A program made the position numbers and the translations under genes. This document shows, one piece after another, positions 1 to 8,490 of a DNA stretch of 64,000 bases; within the stretch, counting starts at the first letter, position 1; every line of letters begins with the position of its first letter. The DNA is from Fidelibacterota bacterium (GTDB lineage: Bacteria; Fidelibacterota; UBA8477; JABMPR01): assembly GCA_018650795.1 (NCBI GenBank), contig JABIFG010000058.1, positions 9,497 through 73,496 on the forward strand, written 5' to 3'. The notes under the pieces were generated by a model. That model was not told where the DNA came from. It made no database searches and saw only the letters and a list, made by a program, of their open reading frames with translations.

Positions 1-596
1 CGGCTTTTCGCGCTATCCGGGATAATCGTTGTTGAAGCCCAGATAAGTGATTCTGCAGATTTTTCCAATTGAGTTACGATTTGATCCAGATTGCTGGCGT
101 ATTGATCAAGCACTACTCGGTGTGGTGTAGTTGCGTCAGATTCAGTTTTCTTTTTCCTTTTAAGGTCATTCATACCCCAGTTAAAATGAATAACTTCCCA
201 CTGCGTACCAGCCAGCCATTTTTGGAGATTTTTGAGAGCTGATTTTGTATCCCCACCATTGGCTGGAATACGGTAAACATTTGCTATATCAGCTAATTCT
301 TCTCGTACTGCATGTGTGTATCCAACTGAGATTGCACCTCCCATTAGCAGGACATTGGGCAGGGATGGATCTGTATTCACAAATGCGAATGCGGGTTGTT
401 TGAGCTGTTTCTCCTTCAAGCCAGCGACCCACAGTTCCTGATCTGTATATATTGTCTTTCTGATTGAGGCAACTGCTACCGATTTTTGTTTGACTGACTC
501 AGGGGCAACTTTCACTGTGTTGGCTGTGGTTTCCAAACAGGCAACCAGATTAAATGAAAGGACCATAATTGTGGATAGGAGCAATCCTTTACCCAT
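1..596 (-). CDS. SGNH/GDSL-family hydrolase lipoprotein (putative carbohydrate esterase); the 3' end runs off the window start
   Basis: My own reverse-complement translation from the ATG at 596 gives MGKGLLLSTIMVLSFNLVAC LETT... This has a lipoprotein-type signal and a FNWGMND block typical of SGNH hydrolases. The frame stays open to position 1. It is absent from the ORF track because there is no stop codon in the window. Confidence 0.5.
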   Translation of the reverse strand, partial: MGKGLLLSTIMVLSFNLVACLETTANTVKVAPESVKQKSVAVASIRKTIYTDQELWVAGLKEKQLKQPAFAFVNTDPSLPNVLLMGGAISVGYTHAVREELADIANVYRIPANGGDTKSALKNLQKWLAGTQWEVIHFNWGMNDLKRKKKTESDATTPHRVVLDQYASNLDQIVTQLEKSAESLIWASTTIIPDSAKS

Positions 597-650
597 TTTA
601 GCATTTATTTTCTTTGACATGTTTCTCTCTTCCCTCTTGATGATAGTTTT

Positions 651-2201
651 CTATTTGAATTCAATCTTGTAAGCAAAGGCGTGTTGCCCCATTTGATTTT
701 TGGGGAGCTGGACAGTCAGGTGGTCAGCCGTGTTTTCCCAGCTGAGATTCCCCTCATATCCTAACAAGGACACTTTGCTTATGGGTCTGAAGTGCTCAGA
801 ACTCTCACCCAATGCATTAATCATGAGTTGTCCAGAATCGTCCCATCCCAGAGCTATTACATAGAGCACACCGTCATTGGCAGTAAAGCGGATATCCTGA
901 GGCACATAGCTCACCTTGTTTTTACGCTCGCTGAAAGCACCACCGATTTCCTTTGTAGGACCTTCGCCATACTTTAGCCAAGGTCTCGTATCATAGATGG
1001 CTTCACCGTTGACCTTGAGCCACTCTCCCATGCCCAGAAGCGTTTGCTGAGCACCCTCAGGAATCGATCCATCTGCACTGGGGCCAACGTTTAATAGTAG
1101 ACAACCATTTTTACTCACAATATCAACCAGGACGTCGATGAGTTCATTTACTGACCGATAATCTGAATTTTCTACATGACTCCAGGAAACATTGTCAATT
1201 GAAGTATCTGTCAACCAGGGGAACGGAGCTAAACTATCCATACGTCCGCGTTCAAAATCTAGAATACCTGCTCCAGCCGGGAAATCGTCATGCTTGTACG
1301 CAACACCAACATCCTGGCCTCTTTGAGCAGACTCATTGTAATAATATGCCAGAAACCTTTTTTTATAAGCCTGAAAATCATCTCTGGATTCACGCCAAAA
1401 CTTTTTTCTCTCCAGCCCCGAATCAAACCACAAGAGATCTGGATGATATTTATCGATGACTTCGATAGTTTTCTCTTCCCAGGCTTTCATATAAGCCGGT
1501 GTGGGTGCATCCCCTACCTCATGGATTGGTGGAAACATTCCATAGGGACCCGCCAGATCTGGATTCTGGGTATCAAAGCGGTGATCTTCACGGAAAGACG
1601 GCTCAAAATACCACCATTTACGGGCATGATGAAGGGAAGCCATAAATTTCATATCCTGAGCCCTGATAGCTGTGGCAAGTTCTCCGACTATGTCTCGTTT
1701 GGGACCTTTATCCATAGCATCCCACTCAGTTAGATCGCTATCCCACATGGCGAAACCATCGTGGTGTTCGGCGACTGGACCGGCGAACTGAGCTCCAGCT
1801 TGTTTAAAAAGATCGGCCCATTCCTGAGCATCGAATTTTTCGGCTGTGAAGAGGGGCACAAAATCACTATAGCCAAATTTGGTTTGATCGCCCCAGGTTT
1901 CAGCATGATGGGTAAAATAATTACCTCTTCGATGGTCTTTTTCGATATACATCTTACGGGGATACCATTCATGACCCCATGCAGGAATCGAATAAACGCC
2001 CCAGTGGGTATAGATTCCAAATTTAGCATCACTGAACCATTGGGGATCCTCATGTTTTACCAGAGACTCCCAATTCTCCTCAAAAGGTCCCAGAACTGGC
2101 TCTTGTTCAATGATTTCAGGTTTTGGCTGGCAGTTGATGATGAATAGAATACAACCAATTAGTAACAGCATCATTCTATCTTTGAGTTTGAACATCGCCA
2201 T
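651..2201 (-). CDS. alpha-L-fucosidase, GH29
   Basis: Contains the GH29 hallmarks KFGIYTHWGVYS, HHDGFAMWDS and LLNVGP. The likely start is MAMFKLKDRMMLLLIGCILFIINC, a signal peptide or lipobox. The longest ORF (to 2294) would overlap the upstream gene by 89 nt, so the internal start was chosen. Confidence 0.88.
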   Translation of the reverse strand: MAMFKLKDRMMLLLIGCILFIINCQPKPEIIEQEPVLGPFEENWESLVKHEDPQWFSDAKFGIYTHWGVYSIPAWGHEWYPRKMYIEKDHRRGNYFTHHAETWGDQTKFGYSDFVPLFTAEKFDAQEWADLFKQAGAQFAGPVAEHHDGFAMWDSDLTEWDAMDKGPKRDIVGELATAIRAQDMKFMASLHHARKWWYFEPSFREDHRFDTQNPDLAGPYGMFPPIHEVGDAPTPAYMKAWEEKTIEVIDKYHPDLLWFDSGLERKKFWRESRDDFQAYKKRFLAYYYNESAQRGQDVGVAYKHDDFPAGAGILDFERGRMDSLAPFPWLTDTSIDNVSWSHVENSDYRSVNELIDVLVDIVSKNGCLLLNVGPSADGSIPEGAQQTLLGMGEWLKVNGEAIYDTRPWLKYGEGPTKEIGGAFSERKNKVSYVPQDIRFTANDGVLYVIALGWDDSGQLMINALGESSEHFRPISKVSLLGYEGNLSWENTADHLTVQLPKNQMGQHAFAYKIEFK

Positions 2202-2205
2202 AATC

Positions 2206-4443
2206 CTATTTGACCAGTTGGAGGTTTTCACCAGAGTGATCTTCCAATGTTTCAGCACTCCAGAGTTCAATATTATTCTTCCAGATCCTCTCAAAACTCG
2301 GCTGGCTAAGCAATCCGATCTTCATGATGTCAATGGATTCAATCCCCATTGCTAGTGCGGGAGAGCCTTCTTCAAGTCGGACATCACCCCTGGCCATATC
2401 TTTGAATAGTGGATCGGCATATACTCCATGAGCCTCGTGCCCCAAGGCCTGAATCTGCTCTAAGGACTTCTTTCCGGCTTCCTGCATATCAGAATAAAAT
2501 AAATTGTAATCAGGATTTGCCAGATCCAGTAATCCTTTGAGCTTCTTTTCAACATTCGTGTTGTAAAATCTAACAGGAGTACCAATACCGTAGATAATGT
2601 TTTTATTTACTTTAGCACCTACAACGGTCTCAGGTCTAATAGATATTCCACCTCCAATGACGATGTTGTTTAGGATATAATTTGTGTGCTTTAGTTTGAT
2701 GCCATTGCCAAAAACAATATTCTGTTCCACATAGGATTCTTCCTGGTCGTCATCAAAGCGAATTTCGTTTGAAGCTTTGGTGGTCTTGTAAATCAGATTC
2801 CGTTTGATAATATTGCCTTTGCCTGCACATGACAGATAGATAGCATTTCCATCACCCAATACTTCCATGACATTATGAAATTCATTATCCTGGACCACAT
2901 TGTTGCGAGCATGTGCAAATTTTAAGGCTTCCTCTGCAGTCTGAGGATCATCCGTTTCTTCCCAGCGAATGATCTGCATATTTTCTCGAATTCTCCTTGG
3001 AATTGCGTATCCAGTCCACTTCACAGAATCCATGATCCCAAAATAGCGTGGACGGACACCGCTCAAGACGATGGCATCATAGGGCAAATCATGGATATAA
3101 TTGTTCAGAACTTTATTCTCTCCGCTCTGCCAGATAAAGATTCCAGGACTATGTAGATAGAGTTGACCAATCCTGGACATCTCATTGTCGACAATGCTAT
3201 GGCCGTAATTTACATCCTTAACACCAGGTCCATATCCAGCGAGCAAGATGCCTGTGCCACCGAGATTATCAATCTTGTTGGAGCGAATCTCAATATTCTG
3301 GCCGTAAAGGTCGATGCGGATTCCCCCACTCCCTGCATTTCGAAAATCACAGGCAATAACCCTACAATCCTGTGCTGATCTGAATCTGAGGAGGGTATTG
3401 TCCTTGTCAAACATATCCCAATCATGCTGAATACCACGGTCTTCCTTCGTCCAGGTATCCCGATCAGTGCCTGTGAAAGTCAAGCCCTTGAATTGAATTC
3501 CTCTAACAGGGATATCACCTTTAACTTCGTAGACATTTTTTCCTTCCACGCGTACAAGCGTCGGTAATGTGGGAGCTTGAATATTATCTCCGGGTGTATC
3601 TCCGGTTGGCCACAGGTAAAGCTTACCTGCCTGTGAGTCCAACACCCATTCACCAGGTTGATCCAGAGCTTCCAGAACATTCTCTACCCAGCAGGTCTCT
3701 TTCCAGGGTTTGTTTTTGACCTGACAGAGACGATAGGTTCCAGGAAGTGTTGTTGTAGCCAATAAGTTTTCTTCGTCCACGCTTTCCAGGGTTAAATAAT
3801 TAACCAACCATTGATGGGTCGGTCGGATAAAAATCTCAACATCTGATAGATTTGGCCAATCTTTGATTACGCCTTCCGGATAGTGCAAAATTTGTAGATC
3901 TTCCCATCTGTTGGCCAGGGTTGGGTTGGGACAGGCTGTGGTTGGTTGAAAGCCCTTAGAGCGGGCTCTGGGTAGTAGTGTTTCACCGTCATAGAGGGTT
4001 TTAAAGTTCCATTTGTCAGGTCCTTGATTGTTCAAGTCGAGGACATAAACATTTCCGTGCGCGATGGCGGGTAAAGCTTCCGGTGGGGAAGCAAGTTTTT
4101 GCCATCCGCTGAGTACTTTGGTGGATGTGATGATGGGTTCTGCGCCTTCTGCTGCTTCCCAACTGATTGTCTGACCTTCACCTGCACCATCCTTCAATCC
4201 CAGAACCAGCGTTTCATCCAGACGATAGACACCTCCACTTAGAACTACAGAGATATCACCGGTGTACTCATTACCCAGTGCTTCGCGAACCAATGTTTGA
4301 GCTTTTGTAAGGGTTGCAACAGGAGCATCCATGGTGCCCATGTTGGCGTCAGCGCCAGTTGGTGAGACGTGGATGGACATAGATTTCTCATCACATCTAT
4401 TGAACAGGATGGCTAGTGCTAGAATTAAAACTTTAAATTTCAT
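2206..4443 (-). CDS. secreted right-handed parallel beta-helix protein (pectin-lyase fold), candidate glycoside hydrolase or lyase for sulfated fucan
   Basis: 745 aa with an N-terminal signal (MKFKVLILALAILFNRC). The start SIHVSPTGADANMGTMDAPVATLTKAQ is typical of DUF1565/beta-helix proteins. Repetitive G/N-rich rungs are present (NAGSGGIRIDLYGQNIEIRSNKIDNLGGTGILL). There is no T9SS CTD. Confidence 0.6.
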   Translation of the reverse strand: MKFKVLILALAILFNRCDEKSMSIHVSPTGADANMGTMDAPVATLTKAQTLVREALGNEYTGDISVVLSGGVYRLDETLVLGLKDGAGEGQTISWEAAEGAEPIITSTKVLSGWQKLASPPEALPAIAHGNVYVLDLNNQGPDKWNFKTLYDGETLLPRARSKGFQPTTACPNPTLANRWEDLQILHYPEGVIKDWPNLSDVEIFIRPTHQWLVNYLTLESVDEENLLATTTLPGTYRLCQVKNKPWKETCWVENVLEALDQPGEWVLDSQAGKLYLWPTGDTPGDNIQAPTLPTLVRVEGKNVYEVKGDIPVRGIQFKGLTFTGTDRDTWTKEDRGIQHDWDMFDKDNTLLRFRSAQDCRVIACDFRNAGSGGIRIDLYGQNIEIRSNKIDNLGGTGILLAGYGPGVKDVNYGHSIVDNEMSRIGQLYLHSPGIFIWQSGENKVLNNYIHDLPYDAIVLSGVRPRYFGIMDSVKWTGYAIPRRIRENMQIIRWEETDDPQTAEEALKFAHARNNVVQDNEFHNVMEVLGDGNAIYLSCAGKGNIIKRNLIYKTTKASNEIRFDDDQEESYVEQNIVFGNGIKLKHTNYILNNIVIGGGISIRPETVVGAKVNKNIIYGIGTPVRFYNTNVEKKLKGLLDLANPDYNLFYSDMQEAGKKSLEQIQALGHEAHGVYADPLFKDMARGDVRLEEGSPALAMGIESIDIMKIGLLSQPSFERIWKNNIELWSAETLEDHSGENLQLVK

Positions 4444-4473
4444 GTTCTTTCCTTCATTGATTCAAATTACGAT

Positions 4474-6114
4474 CTAATCCCAGGCTTGTTCTCTGACTCG
4501 CATCAGGTCTGGATATTTCTCATCGGTGTCACCATATTGCTCTTTCAACTTCAGCAACTCCAACTTGAGTTTTTTAATCACTGCTGAGTATTCAGGATCT
4601 TCGTATACATTTTTCAATTCGCCTGGATCATTTTCCAGGTCATAAAGTTCCCAACCTGGAGGAGATGGACGATAATGATCCAATGCTTCAGTTGTTTTAT
4701 CCATGGTTTCGGAGGTTTTTTCCCCAACCAGACCCAAACCCAAACCATAAAAGAAGATGAGCTTATATTTATAAGTCCTGATACCGTAATGAGCGGGGAC
4801 ATTATGATGGGCCATGTGCATCCAGTATCGATAGTACATTGATATCCGCCAGGTCTCTGGGATATCACCACTTAACTGAGGAAGAAATGATGCTCCTTGC
4901 ATGCTGGAGGTTTTTTCTCCACCGGCTATATCCAGAAACAAGGGGGCAAAATCGATATTGAGGACCAGGCTGTCGTCAACACTTCCTGGTTCAGTAATAC
5001 CGGGGTATCTGGCGATGAAGGGCATTCTCAAGGAATCCTCATACATCCAGCGTTTATCATAGTAGTCGTGCTCTCCCAGAAACTGGCCTTGATCTGAGGT
5101 ATAGATAACCACTGTATTTTCAGCCAGACCACTTTGATCCAGATAATCCAACACTCGACCGACATTTTCGTCAATGGCTGCTACACAGCGCAGATAGTCC
5201 TTTATGTATTTCTGGTATCCAGACCGCTTTATTTGATCCGCGTCCATTCCTATGGCATCCAGAGCACCAGTTGGCCATTCTTTGCCAGCGCTCCCCTTCT
5301 CCATTCGTTTACCCAGCTTATAAAGATTGGAGCCGTAGCCCTGGGTAGATTCAGAACGATGAGACTTATCTTCCCAAAAACTGGGGGGTTCAGGAACCTC
5401 AATGCCATCAAGTAGATGTTCATAGCGGGGTGGATATTCCCAGAGACCGTGAGGTGCTTTATGTTGACACAGGAGAAAAAATGGTTTCTCATCATCTCGT
5501 GCCTCAAGCCATTTCAGCGTTTCTTCGGTAACCACGTCAGTGGCATAGCCTGGATAAACTTTCTCATCACCCTCTTGATTTTTCATGACGGGATCAAAAT
5601 AGGTACCTTGCCCCAGTACGCCGGTCAAGACATTCCAGTGATCAAATCCCTGGGGATCACCATGGAGATGGTATTTCCCAATAATTGCGGTTTCATAACC
5701 AGATTTCTGCAACTCATGGGCCACATGCTTGGTACCCGTCGGTAATGGATCATCAAGAGTTCTCACACCATTGATATGACCATACTGTCCTGTAAGGATA
5801 CTGGCACGACTGGGAGTACAGATGGAATTGGTGCAGAAGCAATTATCAAAACGCATCCCCTCCTTGGCGATCCGATCAATATTTGGTGTGGGCAGTGTTT
5901 CTGCCAGCCAGCCCTTGTATGCGCTAATGGCGTTGGCAGCATGATCATCTGACATGATGTAAAGAATATTTGGTTTCTTCTGGGTGGACTTTTTACTGGA
6001 TAGGCAGGATAGCAATGAGGATGAGCCTGCTAGAGCTAGACCTCCAACTGCAATCTGTTGCATGAATTTTCTACGGGATAGGGGTGTTGATTTAGTATTC
6101 ATCATAGCTCTCAT
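4474..6114 (-). CDS. S1-family sulfatase (formylglycine-dependent), Tat-secreted
   Basis: Tat motif SRRKFMQQIAVGG; sulfatase signature MSDDH...CTPSRASILTGQYGH (C-x-P-x-R). Confidence 0.9.
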   Translation of the reverse strand: MRAMMNTKSTPLSRRKFMQQIAVGGLALAGSSSLLSCLSSKKSTQKKPNILYIMSDDHAANAISAYKGWLAETLPTPNIDRIAKEGMRFDNCFCTNSICTPSRASILTGQYGHINGVRTLDDPLPTGTKHVAHELQKSGYETAIIGKYHLHGDPQGFDHWNVLTGVLGQGTYFDPVMKNQEGDEKVYPGYATDVVTEETLKWLEARDDEKPFFLLCQHKAPHGLWEYPPRYEHLLDGIEVPEPPSFWEDKSHRSESTQGYGSNLYKLGKRMEKGSAGKEWPTGALDAIGMDADQIKRSGYQKYIKDYLRCVAAIDENVGRVLDYLDQSGLAENTVVIYTSDQGQFLGEHDYYDKRWMYEDSLRMPFIARYPGITEPGSVDDSLVLNIDFAPLFLDIAGGEKTSSMQGASFLPQLSGDIPETWRISMYYRYWMHMAHHNVPAHYGIRTYKYKLIFFYGLGLGLVGEKTSETMDKTTEALDHYRPSPPGWELYDLENDPGELKNVYEDPEYSAVIKKLKLELLKLKEQYGDTDEKYPDLMRVREQAWD

Positions 6115-6155
6115 TCAATTTATTCCATTTACCAAACTGTGTGCTTGATTCGTCC

Positions 6156-6310
6156 GTCATCCTGAGGCTCTCGAAGGATGATAGTCCAAATCCGCTTCCC
6201 CCTTCGACGAAGCTCAGGGTGACACTCCTGAGTGCGCGATTGGGAGAGGGTGACACTTCGACCAGCCTTCGTTTTCAGCTTCGGCTGGCAGGCAAGCTCA
6301 GTGTCCGGTA
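6156..6310. repeat. Intergenic dispersed element with inverted-repeat ends (GTCATCCTGAGG ... GCTCAGGGTGAC), followed by a degenerate second copy
   Basis: gtcatcctgaggctctcgaaggatgatagtcc ... cttcgacgaagctcagggtgac at 6156-6223, then gggtgacacttcgacc ... agctcagtgtcc. Related copies occur at about 18535, 38886 and 57978. Confidence 0.5.
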
Positions 6311-6315
6311 AACAA

Positions 6316-8490
6316 TTATTCAGCAGTGAAGCTCCAGACTGGTCCTTTGATGACCTTTCCGCCAACGATGTTGTCTATTCTCCAGTAGTATGTTTTGCCT
6401 GTTTGAAGATTCCCGGGTGCAAAGATATTGTTCTTCTGTTTCCCTTTATACTCAATTGATTTGGGTGAAGCCTTGCTAACTGCCTTATTCGAATTCCCAA
6501 AGTAGATCAGGTTTGTTTCAGATTTGTAGGCTGACAGCCATATGAGATCAGTATTTTGTTTCGCCGCAGTGTTTTTATTCCTAGGAATAGGAATGCTACT
6601 GGTGGCTTCCTTTCTGCCTGGAATCCAATACTCCTTTGCTCCAAATTCATATGCACCAATATCTGGAGCGTTCCCCAGATATTTTTCCGAGCGATCTGAA
6701 ATAACCTTACCCGCGTCCACAATTTCAGCGCCTACTATCGGTCTGAAGTCCCAGTTATCAGGATCTCTTAGCTGAGTTCGGTAATCACCCTCGTTTTCAT
6801 AGGCGTTCCAGTTGTGATCTGCAATTCCGGGTACCGGTGTGAATTTTTTGCGATGGCCGGAGAGTTTACCAGCAAGGTTGTTGCGAGTTATCGTACCCTT
6901 ATTCGCCCCTCCATTTACATCAGAATCATCCAGGATGATGAGTCCATTCAAGCCCATTGCAAATGTGGTATTGTTGAAGCAGAAATGTCGCTCGCCTTTG
7001 ATCATGATGCCGCGCTCAGATTCCCACATGACGTTATTATTCATCTGTCCCCCATTCCCCCAACGTACTGGCGGAATTGGCGAATCGAACCGAGCACCGC
7101 TTTTAACCGTATTGCGGAACCAATTATTACGAATGATTGATCCTGTCTGTCCGGTGATCTTCACCTGGGTGATAGATCCGTCACTCTGTAGAAAACCTGT
7201 ATTCCACACGTGATTCAATTCTACTAACGGAATGCCACCGGCACTGATGGTTGAAGAGGCAGCGCAGGAGTGAACTGTATTTCTCCGAAAAATGTTATGC
7301 TTACCATTTAACATGATTGAAACCTGCAGGCCGGGAATACTGGATACCGAATAATCGATGTCATGAAAGAGAGAGTTTTCGACTCGATTGTGGGTACCCT
7401 CCATATAAAGTGCATGCCCATCTGTATAAGCAAATGAGCAATTCAGAATGGTACTATTTGATGCTTTTTTGGGACTCTTTTGTAGAAATACTGTGGATTC
7501 ATCATGCTGCTCATCACCAAGTAATCTCTGGGTATAGCTTGGATAAAGAAAATTACAATCTTCAAGTTGAATGTAGGTACAATTTTCAAATTTCAAGGTT
7601 GTCCCATAAAAGTCAATACCTCTAATGGTGATAAAATGACTATTAGCGAATGCTGCGGCATAGGTCTGGACTTTACCACGTAGATCTGCTTTAGGTTTTC
7701 CACCATCAGGCTGCCACAGGTAAATCGTTTTGGATTTCTTATCAAAAAACCATTCATTCTGAGAATCCAGGAAATCCAGTAATCCTTCGAGGTAGTAAAA
7801 ATGATGTTTGGGGCGGTAACCTTTGACTCTTTTAAAGGAAAATGCCTCTTCACCCTTTTTATGGGATTGAACCTGGCGTGTGGTTGAAGTGAATGAACCC
7901 ACATTAAGGATGGCCATAGCTCCTTTTATGGAAAAATCGAGGCTTTTTAGCTGATGGGGGGTTTCAGGATCATTATATAGTTTTTCTCTGGTGTCCTGCT
8001 TATGGAGCCCCCTGGCCCAGGTTTTCTTCTGATCCCAGACTGTATTATCTGAATATTGGGCATTGGGCCATCGGGCTGGAACAACCATTTCATTGTTCCA
8101 GAAGAGCTGCCACACATCCTGCTTCATTTTTAATTTATAAATGTTTCCGCTATGTTTTTTCCAACGTCCCTTGACATCAATCGTACCATCAAAAACAACT
8201 TTCTCATCGGGGTAAGCTAAAACTACCAGGGGTTTATCTTTTGAACCCTCAATGTTTTTCAGTTGATTCTCAAAGTGGTAGTTGCCCTCTCTTACAAAAC
8301 AGGTATCGCCGGGCTGCATCCCCGATAATGCTTTTTTGAGGCTTGCGAAGGGTGCCTTCATATCGCCCATATTACGATCACTACCATCCACTGCCAGAAA
8401 GACATTTTCGGCTAGGACTGGTTGTGCTAGAGCCAATATTAACAGGACTATACGGATATTGGTTATAATCATCGTATCATTTTTTTTCAT
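6316..8490 (-). CDS. DUF1565-like right-handed beta-helix protein with a C-terminal FN3-like domain (paralog family A)
   Basis: Signal peptide. NVFLAVDGSDRNMGDMKAPFASLKKAL matches the YYVSPxGSDxNxGTxxxPF type of start. Family motif DVWQLFWNNEMVVPARWPN. The C-terminal about 75 aa (YFGNS...TYYWRIDNIVGG...WSF) recur in the paralogs at 52942-55404 and 55386-57905. Confidence 0.65.
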   Translation of the reverse strand: MKKNDTMIITNIRIVLLILALAQPVLAENVFLAVDGSDRNMGDMKAPFASLKKALSGMQPGDTCFVREGNYHFENQLKNIEGSKDKPLVVLAYPDEKVVFDGTIDVKGRWKKHSGNIYKLKMKQDVWQLFWNNEMVVPARWPNAQYSDNTVWDQKKTWARGLHKQDTREKLYNDPETPHQLKSLDFSIKGAMAILNVGSFTSTTRQVQSHKKGEEAFSFKRVKGYRPKHHFYYLEGLLDFLDSQNEWFFDKKSKTIYLWQPDGGKPKADLRGKVQTYAAAFANSHFITIRGIDFYGTTLKFENCTYIQLEDCNFLYPSYTQRLLGDEQHDESTVFLQKSPKKASNSTILNCSFAYTDGHALYMEGTHNRVENSLFHDIDYSVSSIPGLQVSIMLNGKHNIFRRNTVHSCAASSTISAGGIPLVELNHVWNTGFLQSDGSITQVKITGQTGSIIRNNWFRNTVKSGARFDSPIPPVRWGNGGQMNNNVMWESERGIMIKGERHFCFNNTTFAMGLNGLIILDDSDVNGGANKGTITRNNLAGKLSGHRKKFTPVPGIADHNWNAYENEGDYRTQLRDPDNWDFRPIVGAEIVDAGKVISDRSEKYLGNAPDIGAYEFGAKEYWIPGRKEATSSIPIPRNKNTAAKQNTDLIWLSAYKSETNLIYFGNSNKAVSKASPKSIEYKGKQKNNIFAPGNLQTGKTYYWRIDNIVGGKVIKGPVWSFTAE

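Noticed and set aside
490-672. 60-aa plus-strand ORF at the window start
   Set aside because: It overlaps the minus-strand SGNH-hydrolase start region and the GH29 3' end. The minus-strand reading (MGKGLL...LVAC signal, FNWGMND) is far more convincing.
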